The notes beneath the pieces are model-generated. The model did not search any database and was not told the DNA's origin. It saw only the letters and a program-made list of their open reading frames with translations. A DNA stretch of 64,000 nt, taken from assembly GCF_006345805.1 (NCBI RefSeq), contig NC_043013.1, positions 24,056,001 to 24,120,000 of the forward strand, in the 5' to 3' direction. Within the stretch, counting starts at the first letter, position 1. The number at the start of each line of letters is the position of its first letter. Source of the DNA: Octopus sinensis (taxonomy: Eukaryota). Position numbers and translations under genes: made by a program. Below, piece by piece: positions 38,001 through 52,100 of this stretch.

Positions 38001-41000
38001 TGTTCTTAGTAGAATCCCTGTTGGTCTTGCACAGATTGTTCACAAGCTGTTGCTATTATTACACTAGTCTTAAAAATAATTGAAGTAACATTGGAGGGCT
38101 GACATTTTTCCAGTCAGAAAACTAAAACGTGGGTTATGTAACTTAGTATAAATATACAATTTGGACTTAGCATTCGGTGGTTTGTTGTTAACATCACTTC
38201 CTAGGTGTTATTGGGTCTCCTTCTGTCAGCCTAGTTTTATCTACTACTAGCAGCACAGCCCGGCGTTGCCCGGGTATGTAAGAAACTTTGTCGATAAGCA
38301 ATGCCCTTTACCTTTTTACCCTTTTTTGTACTCATTGAACTGTTATTTTGTAATATGAAGTCTAAAAGGCATTAAGGCATTCAAGGCACCGTTCCCTTGC
38401 ATGCATGAAGAAAATCTATGGCAGTCAAAGTGCATTTTCTGGTTTTGTTTAGCACACCCAACCCAGTTCTGCGGTTTTTTCCAGTAACAATGTATCCTAT
38501 TGGAATCAAAAGGGCCATATAGTTCCTTGGAGCAGACATGATGCTCGCTGTGAATTTCAAAAAAAATTCCTGCGAATTTGTTAAAGATATTGTCGAAAAT
38601 ATGTCTTCTTGAATTTGAACGCGATTTCCCAAAATGGCATGATTTTATAGATTTTTTTTCTGATGGTAAGGCATTGCATGGAAAACTAACGTCAGAATTA
38701 AGTTCCTTAGGGTAACATTAAGCTTCACCATGAGCTTGGTGAAAATCGATTGCAAGTTGCGAAAACTACAACAGAAAATGTGTTGCATATGATAAGCTTA
38801 GATTCTCGACCCCATGTTGAATTTATCGATTTTTTTCAAAACTGGGGGAACTTTTCAAAATTTTCACTGCGATAGTTTTGAATTATGACATTGGGCTATG
38901 TGTGTGTCAAGTTTCATCAGAATCGGTTGAAAGCCGTGGTCAGGGTGAGGGTACAACCTGACAGACACACAGACAGACAAACTGCCTTTTATATATATAG
39001 AGAGAGATAAATTGTGTCTTTATTTGGTATCAGCCCTTAGAAAATATACAAACTAGAGTGCCAGCATGGGAAAAGTTGTTCTAATATTCATTAAGAATAT
39101 TTTGTCTCCTTCTGACTTTATAATTGAATCAACAAAAAAACTAAAACAAACTCTTTACCAGCTTAGCATTCTTGTAACACTCGTTGAATATTAACCCTTT
39201 CGTTACTATTTTTCTGACCAAAATACACCCCTCATGAGTTTCAATTAAATTCTAAAATAATCATGAATCTAGGCTTGTTTCATTAAATAACTGTAACTTT
39301 TTTACTTATCAACATATTAATGTGATATTTGGAACATAATTAAAGAAAGGGTTCTTAATCAATTCTATTGCATAACTTTTGTCTCAAAGTGACTTTAATT
39401 ACAGGTAAATCCAGGTAAATTGAGCAAAAGGTAAAAATATTAAAATTTTGTTTAAACATCACCATAGAAAATGAATCATCAGCTAATATTCAAATGGGTA
39501 TGCAACAAAATTTTGATAAAGAAGAATTGTGCACATCACTATATCATCAGTTGAATTTAATGCACAACAGGTGTACCATAAAGGTGGAATAAAGTGAAAT
39601 ACTTGAATCCACTGTAAGTTTGACCGAACTAAAGAAATCGGTCAAAAAATAATATACGGCCCTGGTTATGGTATGGAAGTGATAAATTCCAGACCACATC
39701 GTTCCCTAGGCCATGCTGACTAACATTATTTTCCCTGTATAAAAACTAAATCCACGCATTACCCAGTATTTGCTTCACAAATTTTCTGAAATTTGAACCC
39801 CCATTTTGTGTTTGTTTACATTTTGCGTAAGATTGTTTCTGCATTGATCGCTTCAAACAATAACTTCCGGACCACATCATACCCTAAGCCATGCTGACAA
39901 ACATTAGTTTCCCTGTATAAAAACTAAATGTTTGGCCTTTAGACTATGTAAAAACTGAAGTTTACAGTCAATATTTGCCGTATTTTTGTCTATAATTGCA
40001 GGAATCTGTTTGTAAAAGTAATCAGAAATCCTCAAAAGCTACATGGGAAAGTAAGAGTGAATCAAAGCATCAAGGCGACCAAAAGCCTAAATCTCTGACA
40101 TCCAAGTTACCATTGAAGCCAGCAAAGCAACCTGAAAACCAGGTGAGAATTTTGTAGAAATATATATATATATATCATCATCATCATCATTGTTTAACGT
40201 TCGTTTTCCATGCTACCATGGGTTGGATGGTTCAATTGGAGTCTGGGAAGCCAGGAAGCTGCACCAGGCTCCAGTCTGATCTGGCAGAGTTTCTACAGCT
40301 TGATGCCCTTCCTAACGCCAACCACTCCGTGAGTGTAGTGGGTGCTTTATATGTGCCACCGGCACAGGAGACAGAAGAGACTAGCAACAGCCACAATCAG
40401 TTGGTGCTTTTTACGTGCCACTGGCACGGAAGCCAGTCAAGGCAGTGCTGGCATTGGCCATGTTTGGATGGTACATTTTACGTGCCACTGGCATGGGTAT
40501 CACAACTACTATTTCCTTTTGATTTTCATTTTGATGTTGATGTACTTGACTCTGTAGGTCTTTTCAAGCACAGCAGTTTGCCCTATGACCCAAGGTACTT
40601 TTGAATGGGCTGGGGCTGATGTAGGATACAGCTGTGAACTCACTTTATTTGCTGAGTCTTTGCAGTCATAGCATATCTCCAGAGGTCTCGGTCTTTCGAC
40701 ATTACCTGTGTGAGGCCCAATGTTCAGAGGTCATACTTGACTACCTCATCCCATGTCTTCCTGGGTCTACCTCTACCACAGATATCTTCAACTGTTTGGG
40801 TGTGGCACTTCTTCACACATCTCTCCTCATCCATCCCTAGTACATGATCATACCAGCGCAAACATCTCTCTTGCATGCCACATCCAATGCTCCTTATGTC
40901 CAGCATTTCTCTCAGGGTGCTTACACTTTGTCGTGTGTACACACTGACATTTTACATCCAGCCCCTCCCCCCGGCTACCTGGTACAGTTCCCTGCAACCC

Positions 41001-44000
41001 CAGCTGCATTTTATATTTTACGCGTGTCTTCTGCAGTCATGGCCCATGTTTCACTGCTGTGAAGCATGGTAGTTTGCACATATGTGTCGTACAGTCTACC
41101 TTTCACTCTGAGCGAGAGACTCTTTGTCGCCAGTAGGGGTAGAAGCTTTCTAAACTTTGCCCAGGCTATTCGTATTCTAGTGGTGACACTCTCTGAGCAT
41201 CCACCCCCACTACTAACTTGGTCACCTAGGTAGGTGAAGCTATCAACTACTTCTAGTTTCTCCCCCTGCAGTGTGACAAAATCTGTTTTCTGAGCATCTG
41301 TGGTGTTTATTGCCCCTGTGCATCTGCTGCACACGAAAGCTATCTCCCTGGTTAATCTTACTTTGATGTTGCTGCACCAGTGGGAACATCTTATGGAGTT
41401 TCTATCTATGCCTTTTCTACAGATTGAGCAGGGCTGCCTACCCAAGGGGGTGTATGATGTGTTTGCCTTCCTACTTACTAGAACTGTGGTCTTTGCTACA
41501 TTGACCCTTAGGCCTTTTGATTCTAAACCTTGCTTCCACATCTAAAATTTCTTCTTTAGTTCGGGTAGTGATTCTGCTATGAGGACCAGGTCATCAGCAT
41601 AGAGGAGCTCCCAGGGGCAACCTGTCTTGAATTCCTCTGTTATTACCTGGAGGACAATGATAAATAAAAGTGGACTGAGGGCTGATCCTTGGTGGACTCC
41701 TACTTCTACCTGGAATTCTTCACTATACTCATTACCAATCCTAACCTTACTAACGGCGTCTTTGTATAAGGCCTGTACAGCCCTTAATAACCATTCATCA
41801 ATCCCTAGTTTCCACATCACCCACCAGATAAGGGATCAGAGGACCCTCTCAAAGGCTTTCTCCAAGTCCACAAAAACTAAGTAAAGGGGATTATATTTAG
41901 CTAGGTATTACTCATGCAGTTGCCGCATCAGTAGTGTTTCTACTTGGCACAAAACTGAACTGCATCTCATCTAAGCAGACTCTCTCCCTAATGAGATGAG
42001 CTATGATCCTTTCTGTAACCTTCATCACCAGTTTGATGCCCCTGTAATTATTTCTATCTAGAGCATCACCTTTACCCTTGTAGCAGTTGACTATGGTGCT
42101 GGTACGCCAGTCATTGGGTATGACTCCATCATGAACTACCTGGTTTACAGTGCGGGTGACTATGCCATAGCCCACACCACCAGATGTTTTAAGCATCTTA
42201 GCAGTGATTACTGATGGGCCAAGGGCTTTTCCTGGCTTCATACCCTTAATTGCTTTATCTACCAGGGAGCTGTCTATTCAGATAGCTGGTCCCTCTACTG
42301 GGTCAACATTTGGCAGGCTCTTCTCCTCCCATTCATTCTCCATATTCAGCAGTCTTTCATAATGGCTTCTCCAAGCCTCTTTCTTTTCAGAAACATTAAA
42401 AGCAAGTGCAACAGACCTTGATAATTTTCCAATGTCTCCTAAACATGCAAGAAATCTCTGGTGAAACCACTGCATCTACTTTTCCAGAGCTTCCTTTATA
42501 TGTGACAAGCTTCTCAGAAAGTCAGAAGTTATAATATGCTCAGTTCATAAAGAAGGAAGCCAAACAAAGCTAAACATTACAGGCCTGTCCCTCCGACTGT
42601 ATGTGTCAGTGAAATCATGGAGCAGATCGTCAGAAAGGGGCTGATCATGTTCCTAGAAGAAAATGCTTAACTAACACACAGCATGGCTTCCATTCAGGCA
42701 GGAGTTGCCTTACACAGCTTCTACAGCATTATGACTTGGTACCGAAACAACAGCTCAACCACTCAAATGTAGTTGCGAAATATAATAGACTTTGCCAAGG
42801 CATTTGACAAAGTTGATCACTGAATGATGTGTCGCAAACTGCATGACCTTGGTGCCATTGGTAAACCAGGGGAATAGCTGCATGACTTTTTGAATGATGG
42901 GCATCAGGCAGTCACAGCCGATGGTGGTCTCTTTGAGGAGGTGTCAATCTTAAGCAGAGTTGCTCAGTGAACTATACTGGGACCACTACTGTTTTGTGTT
43001 GGCTCTCTTAGACCTGCTCTCACTCAGCCACTTCTACCAGCTCTGGTGATAGGACCCTAATGATAATTCAAAACTACAGAATGATTTGAATGCTGGATAC
43101 AAGTGGGCTGAAGAAAACAATATGTCGTACAATGTTGCAAAATTTCAAGCACCCTGCTATCAGTTCACAAATAGATTGCAGTTAGAATCCACAGGACCAG
43201 AGGTAGTGCAATCCCAGACTTGGTGAATGATCTAAGGAGCCATATGAGTAATGATGCCTGATTCCATGTGCAAATTACTAAGATGACGACAATATGCAGG
43301 CAACTGGCTGGTTCTGTTTCAGCCAGGTATTCCAATATATTCTATATATTTATTATTGCTTTCCTTCTTATAACATTGCTTTCTTGCCTAAATTTTTCCA
43401 TCAAAACTTAATTATTTTCAGGAAGCAGCCAATGATGTATTAGTGAACAGCAATGAAATTTCCAAATCTGTTGCTGCATGGAAACTTCCACTTACAACAA
43501 ATGCAGTTAAAAGAGAACATCCCATGTAAGGATTGTTTTTTTTTTTTCCCCATCTCTGTGAATATATCATGTAGATCTTGAGTGCTGAAGCATTTTTGTT
43601 AATATTGAAATTGCCAGCTGCATTAACCCCATACACTTTACTAGTTGTGAACTGTATAACAAAGGTGATCCATTCTCTGAAGCCTGAGTAGTTTGGATGA
43701 ATCTGTGTTACATTTTGATAAGGTTAATAGAATAGTTTTGTTCATACGAACATCATCTTTGAGGATATCTTTACATAGCAGAAGGAAGTTGATTCTTTAA
43801 AGAATGCTTCCTTCAATTTACTTGATGTCATTTATTATTCTTGATTAACAGAAAAGATCTAAATAATAATAGTGATACCAAATTGTAGTTGTGATACCTG
43901 TGCCGGTGGCACATAAAAAGCACCATCCAAACGTGGCCGATGCCAGTGCCACCATGACTAGCTTCTGTGCCGGTGGCACATAAAAAGCACCATCCGAACG

Positions 44001-46124
44001 TGGCTGATGCCAGCGCCGCCTCAACTGGCTTCTGTGCCGGTGGCACGTAAAAAGCACCAACCGATTGTGGCTGCTGCCAGCCTCCCCTGGCACCTGTGCC
44101 GGTGGAACGTAAAAAGCACCCACTACACTCTCGGAGTGGTTGGCATTAGGAAGGGCATCAAGCTGTAGAAACACTGCCAGATCAGACTGGAGCCTGGTGC
44201 AGCCTCCTGGCTTCCCAGACCCCGGTTGAACTGTCCAACCCATGTTAGCACGGAAAACGGACGTTAAACAATGATGATGATGAATGGCTGTTGTGTATCA
44301 GCCACAAAAATACTTATATTTATCCTAAACAAGTTTAAATGTCTCTTTTAAATGATAATATACTAGAAAGCACCCACTACATTCTTGGAGTGGTTGGTGT
44401 CAGGAAGGGCATCCAGCCGTAGAAGCCATTCCAAATCAGATTGGAACCTGGTGCAGTTCTTCAGCTTACCAGTTTCACTCAAACCATCCAACCCATGCCA
44501 GCATGGAAAGCAGATGCTAAATGAGGATAATGGTGACATTCTTTCCATTTGCTGTAAATATTAAAGAATAAAATAATATTAGTTTGTAATAAAACAAATT
44601 TTCAAACATTCTTTAGATTAGTTATTTTGAAGATCCAGTCTTTGAATCATTGATCTACATTCTAACCTTTCCATATATATTCGATTATTTATGCATTTTA
44701 AACTATAATTTCAAACCCTGAAAAATTCCATGTTGTCACTTGAATTATTGTTTTGATATGAGAATCATTAACTCATTGTCGTCTCTGTTTTAATAATTAA
44801 AAAAAAATTTATTGTAACAATTTTAAATTTATAAAATCCAATCCCTAATTGAGTTATATTCTTATAGCTTACCTGTACCTGGTGCCCGCAACATTCTTAT
44901 TACAAGTGCATTGCCATACGTGAATAATGTCCCTCACCTGGGCAATATTATTGGATCAACTCTCAGTGCAGACATTTTCTCAAGGTAATCTTTAATAGCT
45001 TCATACCTGTATATATTTCCTAAGTTGATGTTTGTTTGATTTTTGAAAGATATGAGTGTGTGTGTGTGTGACTGTACGAATATGTGTATATGTGTGTCCC
45101 TGTGTATGTTTTTACTTGTGATTACAAGAGTTCTGTGTGTTGCAAATAAATTGAAATTAGTTTTAATTAATCAAAGCTGTAGTATAAAATGTTTGAAGAG
45201 GAATGAGAAAACTTTAAGGTTTTGTAAAACTTGTGAGGCTTGGATTAATAAATTTGGTTTGATATTTTCTTTCTAGGTATTCTCAGTTGCGTGGCTATAA
45301 CTGTCTTTATATCTGTGGAACAGATGAATATGGCACAGCAACGGAAACTAAAGCTATGGAGGAAGGACTCACACCACAGCAGATTTGTGATAAATACAAT
45401 GTAATCCATGAAGAAATTTATAAATGGTTTCATATTTCATTTGATTATTTTGGTCGCACAACAACCAAATTACAAACTGAGTAGGTTTTGTTTTTTTTTT
45501 TAATATGTATACTTATTTTGTTTATTTTTTTATATACTCTTGTCTCAGTGGTTGGACTACGACCATGCTAGGGCACCACCTTGAAAGATTTTCTCAAACA
45601 AATCAATCCCAGTGCTTATTCTATCAGTCTCTTCTGCTAAACTGCAAAGTTATGAGGATGTAAAGAAAGCAACACCAGTTGTCAAGCAGTGGGTGGGCTG
45701 GAGAAACATGTACACAGGCTTCCACACAGTTTCCATTTGACAGATTCATTCAGAAGGCATTTGTTGGTTTGGGGCTACAGAGTAGATAGCACTTGCCCCA
45801 GGTGTTGTGCAGTGGAACTGAACCTGAGACCATGTAGTTGCAAAGGGAGCTTTCTAATCACCCTGCACAAAAATACACCCTTGGCTTTGCAGTTGGATAT
45901 CTTTTTTTATACGCCAAATATGGAAAATAAGGATTAAAGATAGTGAAACGGAGGTTTTGTTCAGTCAGCCTTTTGGATGACTAAGCACATTGGTAGGTCA
46001 ACAAGTTTTTGCTCCATCTATTGGTGGAACATCTTGGCTTGATTTTCTTTAATCCTTGTTTATGTTCATATGATGCACATATATATTTAAAATTGTTTTA
46101 CACACACACACACACACATGTATG

Positions 46125-46182
<58 letters not shown>

Positions 46183-49100
46183 CTAAATCGAAGTGAAATA
46201 TGATGACGGGCACGAGTATCATACAACCGTGACCGTTGACAGAGCGGCTAACCGCCTTCCGTGCCAGTGGCACATAATAGGCACCATTCGAGTGTGATCG
46301 TTGCCAGCTTCGCCTTACTGGCACTTGTGCCCCGTGCTAGTAGGGTGCTAAGAGCACCATCCGAGTGTGATCGTTGACAGAGCAGCATCCATGCCGGTGG
46401 CATGTTGGAGGCACCATTCGAGCGTGATTGTTACCAGCATCGCCTTACTGGCACCTGTGCCAGTGGCATGTGTAAAATATTCGAGCGAGGTCGTTGCCAG
46501 TACCGCCTGACTGGCCCCCATGCCGGTGGCACGTAAAAGCACCCACTACACTCTCGGGGTGGTTGGCGTTAGGAAGGGCATCCAGCTGTAGAAACTCTGC
46601 CAGATCAAGATTGGAGCCTGGTGCAACCATCTGGTTCACCAGCCCACAGTCAAACTGACCAACCCATGCTAGCATGGAAAGCGGATGTTAAACGATGATA
46701 TATATATATATATGTATATTCACACAGGCACACACAAAATATCCTACTAATATTGAATGAAATCTTAACATTATTTCTAATTTCTTTGTCATGATTAGCA
46801 TAAACGAAACTGGTTGACTATGTAAATATTTTATTTCATAAATATATATATATATATATATATATTTTTTGTCCAACATAAAATCTCTGTGCATTTTACT
46901 TTTATATTTTTCATTGCAAGTTTTTCATTGTATCTTTTCAGTATGTGTGTGTGTGTGTGTGTATATGTGTGTGTTTATTTGCAGCTATTAATTAGTATTT
47001 AGAATTTTAATTATTGTATTTCTCTTTAGGATTGCTCAGGACATATTTTGGAAGTTACATAAGAAAGGTTATATCTCTGAAGATACTGTTGACCAATTGA
47101 AATGTGAAAAATGTGATCGGTTGGTTGTTACTTTACTTTGTATTTGTTGTAGACGTTATATTTTTTTTTTTAAAAACGTTTTCCAAAATGTATTTCAATG
47201 CATTTTGTAGATTTCAGTTGTTGGTGAAATTTTAAAACAGAATCATTTGAAGAAATCTCATTTTCACGGCCACATGGATGGACATTGAGTGATTGATACA
47301 CCCAGTGAAGACCAATCAATTAACAATTAATTAGATAATCAGCAATGCTGTGTTGGATTAATCCCCAAATGTATTAACAACACAAACTATCTATATGTCA
47401 CAAATCATGTCCTCTGCCGTTTTTGTCACAATCACACATCTAACAACACATGCAATATGTTACAATGTCGCATACACACCAGTTTGGTCACAATGACTCA
47501 GTCCATAACAAAATGTACGTTACTCTTTCTAGGTAAATGTTACATAACAACGCACACAGACTTTTTTAACAATTTCTCATACATAATGCATCACCATCAA
47601 CATCTGGTTGAGCTTGCTCAGACACTTTTAACCTGCACACGCCATCTCCCTCAGTCCTGCATCAGCTGAGGGAAGTCTTTGGGGAGGCATCCCATGTCTC
47701 TGATGAGTTGATCTACATTCGTGGTGTTCAGACGACCTGCTTGCGTATGGCCATGCTTTGGCATCCATAGCAGTAGGTCACTTGCCAGCAGCGCTCTGCA
47801 AAGTGCAAGCTCCTTTCCCTTATAATGGTGCAAAGAGGCAGGAGATCTCTATACAGCTACTTCTTGGTGGGATGATTTCTCCAAGATATGTTTAAGACTG
47901 CTCTTAACATTTGGGTGTAAGTTCCATCTAGCTTGGATTCCAGTTTTGTGGTAAGCATCCAGGTTGTTGCTCCATCTAAAAGGACTGATTCTACTGTTGC
48001 AAGAATGTAGATTATGCTGATGATTTAGACTTGCTCTCTGACACAATGTCAAGCTCCATTCAATTAATTCATAGTCTAATTAAATGCACAAAATGTTGTA
48101 CTCTTTGTTAATCCTAATAAAACCAAACTCGTTGTTCATAATCACAAAAGATCCGTCACCAACATCACCAGAAACCCCATCATTCAAGTCGAATGATTTT
48201 ATACACCTTGGTTCTCTGATAGCCTCAACTTGTAAAAATTTTGGCAGCCAAAGCATGGTCTACCCTAAACAAACTGGGTGTTGTCTGGAGATCCACTTCG
48301 TCAGACAATTCCGTGAGAGGAACTTTTTCCATGCAATGATAGTCATTTCTTTTACACAATAACAGACCATTACCATTGTCTCCAGTAAATCCACTAAACA
48401 TTGCGTCTGTCTCGAATGACAAATAAAATTAAATCTTTTCAAGACATTCCAACAGGGAAACAATCCGTTTTGATTTTTGTTTTCCAGGTTTCTTGCCGAC
48501 AGGTTTGTTGAAGGAATCTGTCCCCTGTGTGGCTTTGATGATGCCAGGGGAGATCAGTGTGACAAATGTGGTAAACTAATCAACGCCATCGATTTAGTGA
48601 AACCTCGCTGTAAAACCTGCTCAAACACACCCATTGTCAAATCTTCTCGACATCTCTTCCTCGATCTGCCTAAGGTAAATATTTATAACAGTTTCTCTAT
48701 GTTGTTGCCTTAACATTGATTGATTGATTGATTCTAGTTTCAGCTCACGAGCTGTGGCCATGCTGGGGCACCGCCATTTGATTTTATTTTCATTGTTGAT
48801 TTTATTTTCTTATCTGAGACTAGAGAAGATCACTTCAGAATTTGGTATTTAACAGTGGATCAGCCTTGAACTAACAGACCTTATGATCAAAGAGGGTCCA
48901 CCCATGGCCATCCCATCTTTTTTCAGATAATGCCAGCCCCTGGCCGTTCGCCAGCCTCGTCTGGCACCTGTGTCGGTGGCACATAAAAACAACATCTGAG
49001 CGTGGCCGTCTGCCAGCCTCGTCTGGCACCTGTGTCGGTGGCACATAAAAACACCATCCGAGCGTGGCCGTCTGCCAGCCTCGTCTGGCACCTGTGTCGG

Positions 49101-52100
49101 TGGCACATAAAAATCACCCACTACACTCTCGGAGTGGTTGGCGTTAGGAAGGGCATCCAGCTGTAGAAACACTGCAGCCTTCGAGCTTGCCAGACCCCAG
49201 TTGAACCGTCCAACCCATGCTAGCATGGAAAGCGGACGTTAAATGATGATGATGATGTATGTTGGACTACATTGTTCAACGTGTCTTTCCATTTCTTATT
49301 TTTAAACATGGTATGATTTGATGGAGATACGGCTGCTCTGGAGTGTTGATGTGACTTGTTTAGCTCTTTCTGGAATGTTAGGCTTTAGAAAATGGATGAT
49401 ATGGTTGTTAGACTCTTGAGGAATGCTGAAAAATGACATTATTTTCAATACTTAGAAATCAATTTAACCAGTTGAGTATGATTGAAAACAAGTTTGATTT
49501 TTTTTTTTATGTTGAATTGAAAATGATGCAGTAAAATATTAAAAATTGTCAAGTTTCAGTAAATATGACAAATAAATACTGTTATTAATGTTACTTAGAC
49601 AATTGTAACTTGCAGAATTAGAAGGTTTGTATAAAGATAATTGCTAGAATATTCCTACTGTGCGACTTACACAAAATTTGGTCAATCATTTCAGCTGGAA
49701 CCGGATTTAAAGAAACACTTGGAAAATGTCTTTCCTAAAGGTATTTGGACAAATAATGCAAAAGTAATCACAAATTCTTGGTTGAGAGATGGTTTGAAAC
49801 CTCGCTGTATAAGTCGAGATCTGAAGTGGGGAACACCGGTGCCTTTAAAAGGTTTCACTGACAAAGTAAGTTTTAGTTTTGTATTCAAAATTTCTATCTA
49901 TTCTTAACTGGTATATTATTGTTACAATATTACTATTGGAATATTCTTTTAGAAGTGAATTCTTCAGTGTTTTTGTTTCTCTTTTAAGAAGATAAGGTGA
50001 GGTGTGTGGGAGATTTGGCTGTTATTTCTAAGTGATTCTGGTAGTATGTAGATCGATCATGGATTATGCCTGTGATGCCATGGATTATGCCTGTTTCCTC
50101 AGTCTCTCTCCACAACAAACCACAAAGAGGCAATTTGCCATTTCAGGCTGCACAGAGAGGATTTCCATTGATCACTTAGACAACATACTGAAAACTGTAT
50201 ACTCGAAAGGGAAAGAGCTTATTGTTGCTCAAATCTACAGGTTTTATCTTCTGCAAATATCCTAACACCTCAACAACTCTGGACGTTACTACAACACCAT
50301 CATAATGAATGACTGTGTGTCTCACCCAAACACAAGAATTAGTTGACTGTTTCCAAAATGTACCATAAATGTTCAATAATATTGAGATCAGGGGACTGGT
50401 GGCCAGATAAGATGTTCAACTTCACTAGAATGTTCCTCGTACCATTCAGTAACAACTTTAGCTGTGTCTAATTGGTGCATTATCATCCTGAAAGATTGCG
50501 TTTCCCTCTGGAAACAGTTCCGCAACCATAGGATGAATTTGATCAGATAAAATGCTTCAATAGTCTTGACTATTAATTCTGCTATGAAGAAAAACCATTG
50601 GGCCGGTGGATTTCCAAGATATAGCCATCCCCCCGCCATCACACAGATCTTCCTCCATGTTTAACAGCTGGAAGAAGGGAGTTTGGCAGTCTCCACATGT
50701 ATACTTGGCCGGTGGTCGGAAATATTTAAAAGATGATTCGTCCGAGAAAATAACATTCTTCCACTGCCCTAGGAACCAATTCTGTAGGCTTTTACTCCAC
50801 TCTAAACGCTTTGAAACGTTTATTTTTGAAAGTGTTGGTTTTCTGATTGCAGTCCTCCTGTGAAATCTGGCTTTGTGCAACTCCCTGATAAACAATGTTT
50901 TGTGGAAACCAGGTTCTCGAGGTGTCATTAAGCTCTGCAGTAATTTTGGGAGCTGTACATTTTGTGATCCTTTCTAACAATTCACGTAAGAGTTCGATAG
51001 TCCTTGTCAGAATGTTTTGGTTTTCTTCTGAAGTTTTGTTTCAATGAGGAGGATTTTTCCTCTTTCTCAAAGAGGGCTGTCATTACTTTCAAGACAGTAC
51101 TTCTTGATACACCAAACATTTCGGCTGTTTTCGTTACGCTAGCACCTGCCATACAAGCACCAACAATTTTACCTTTTTGAAAGATCTGTCATTTTAATGA
51201 ATTCTAATTACCTTTTTCTGGTGATATCTGAAAAGAAACAGCAATTTTAGCAAAACATATTAAGCAATACTAATAATAAATCAAAACACATAAAAGTAAA
51301 CAAGCTTTTGACGGTTTTATAGATATTTCAAAATTATGATGCTAAGTGTTTCCATTATTTTGTCCAACCCCTGTACTTTAATGTTCCTAAGTTAATTAAT
51401 GTAGTTTCTGGGGGTTTTAATCATAATCTTGGATCTTATTCTGTTGCTGTGGTAAATATGATCCTCTTCTTTACCAGCAAAAGAAACCAATCCTACAAAT
51501 GATTCTCACATTTACCTCTTCTGTTTCTGAATTTTTAAGGAAATAGAGACAGAATCAGAAAAGTAAATAGACACCCCTCATTGTATTGTTTCTGAGCTGT
51601 AACCTGAGATCATTATTGTGTAACGTCATGCCAGATAGAGAGGGAGAAATCGGGAGTAGAAAACCTGATGAAAGAAGAGGAAGTGTTGCATAGAGTGAAG
51701 AGTTTAGACAGGTACGCGAGTCGAAACAATGGACAAAATGAAGTTGGAGAAAGAAAGGGGTTTGCTTCACGTCAGCTCTGATTGAACACTCTTTTGGCGT
51801 GCAAATAGCCAGCCAAGTAACCCAAAGATTTCTTCCTAATATATCATACCTCGACTGCACATGCAGGAATAGATTATCTGAACTGCAGTTTAAGACTACA
51901 AACACTGTCTGCTCCTTCTAGCTTCCAGTCACTTGCAGTATCCCTGTTGTAGTTGTTTAGCCTTCATAATCTAATTGAAAAAAACTGTGATCTGGGACAT
52001 TCCATCCATCACCATCCCAATATTTTTTTCACACAGTGTACCTTGGACAACATGATTTAATGTCTTTTTTTAAAGATGATAAGGTGGAAATTTCTGCTAT

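Noticed and set aside
48950-49110. Regularly spaced palindromic units resembling a CRISPR array (also 43895-44115, 46250-46530, 62060-62370)
   Set aside because: The spacers are copies of each other rather than unique, the units belong to an RTE 3' UTR, the context is eukaryotic and there are no cas genes.
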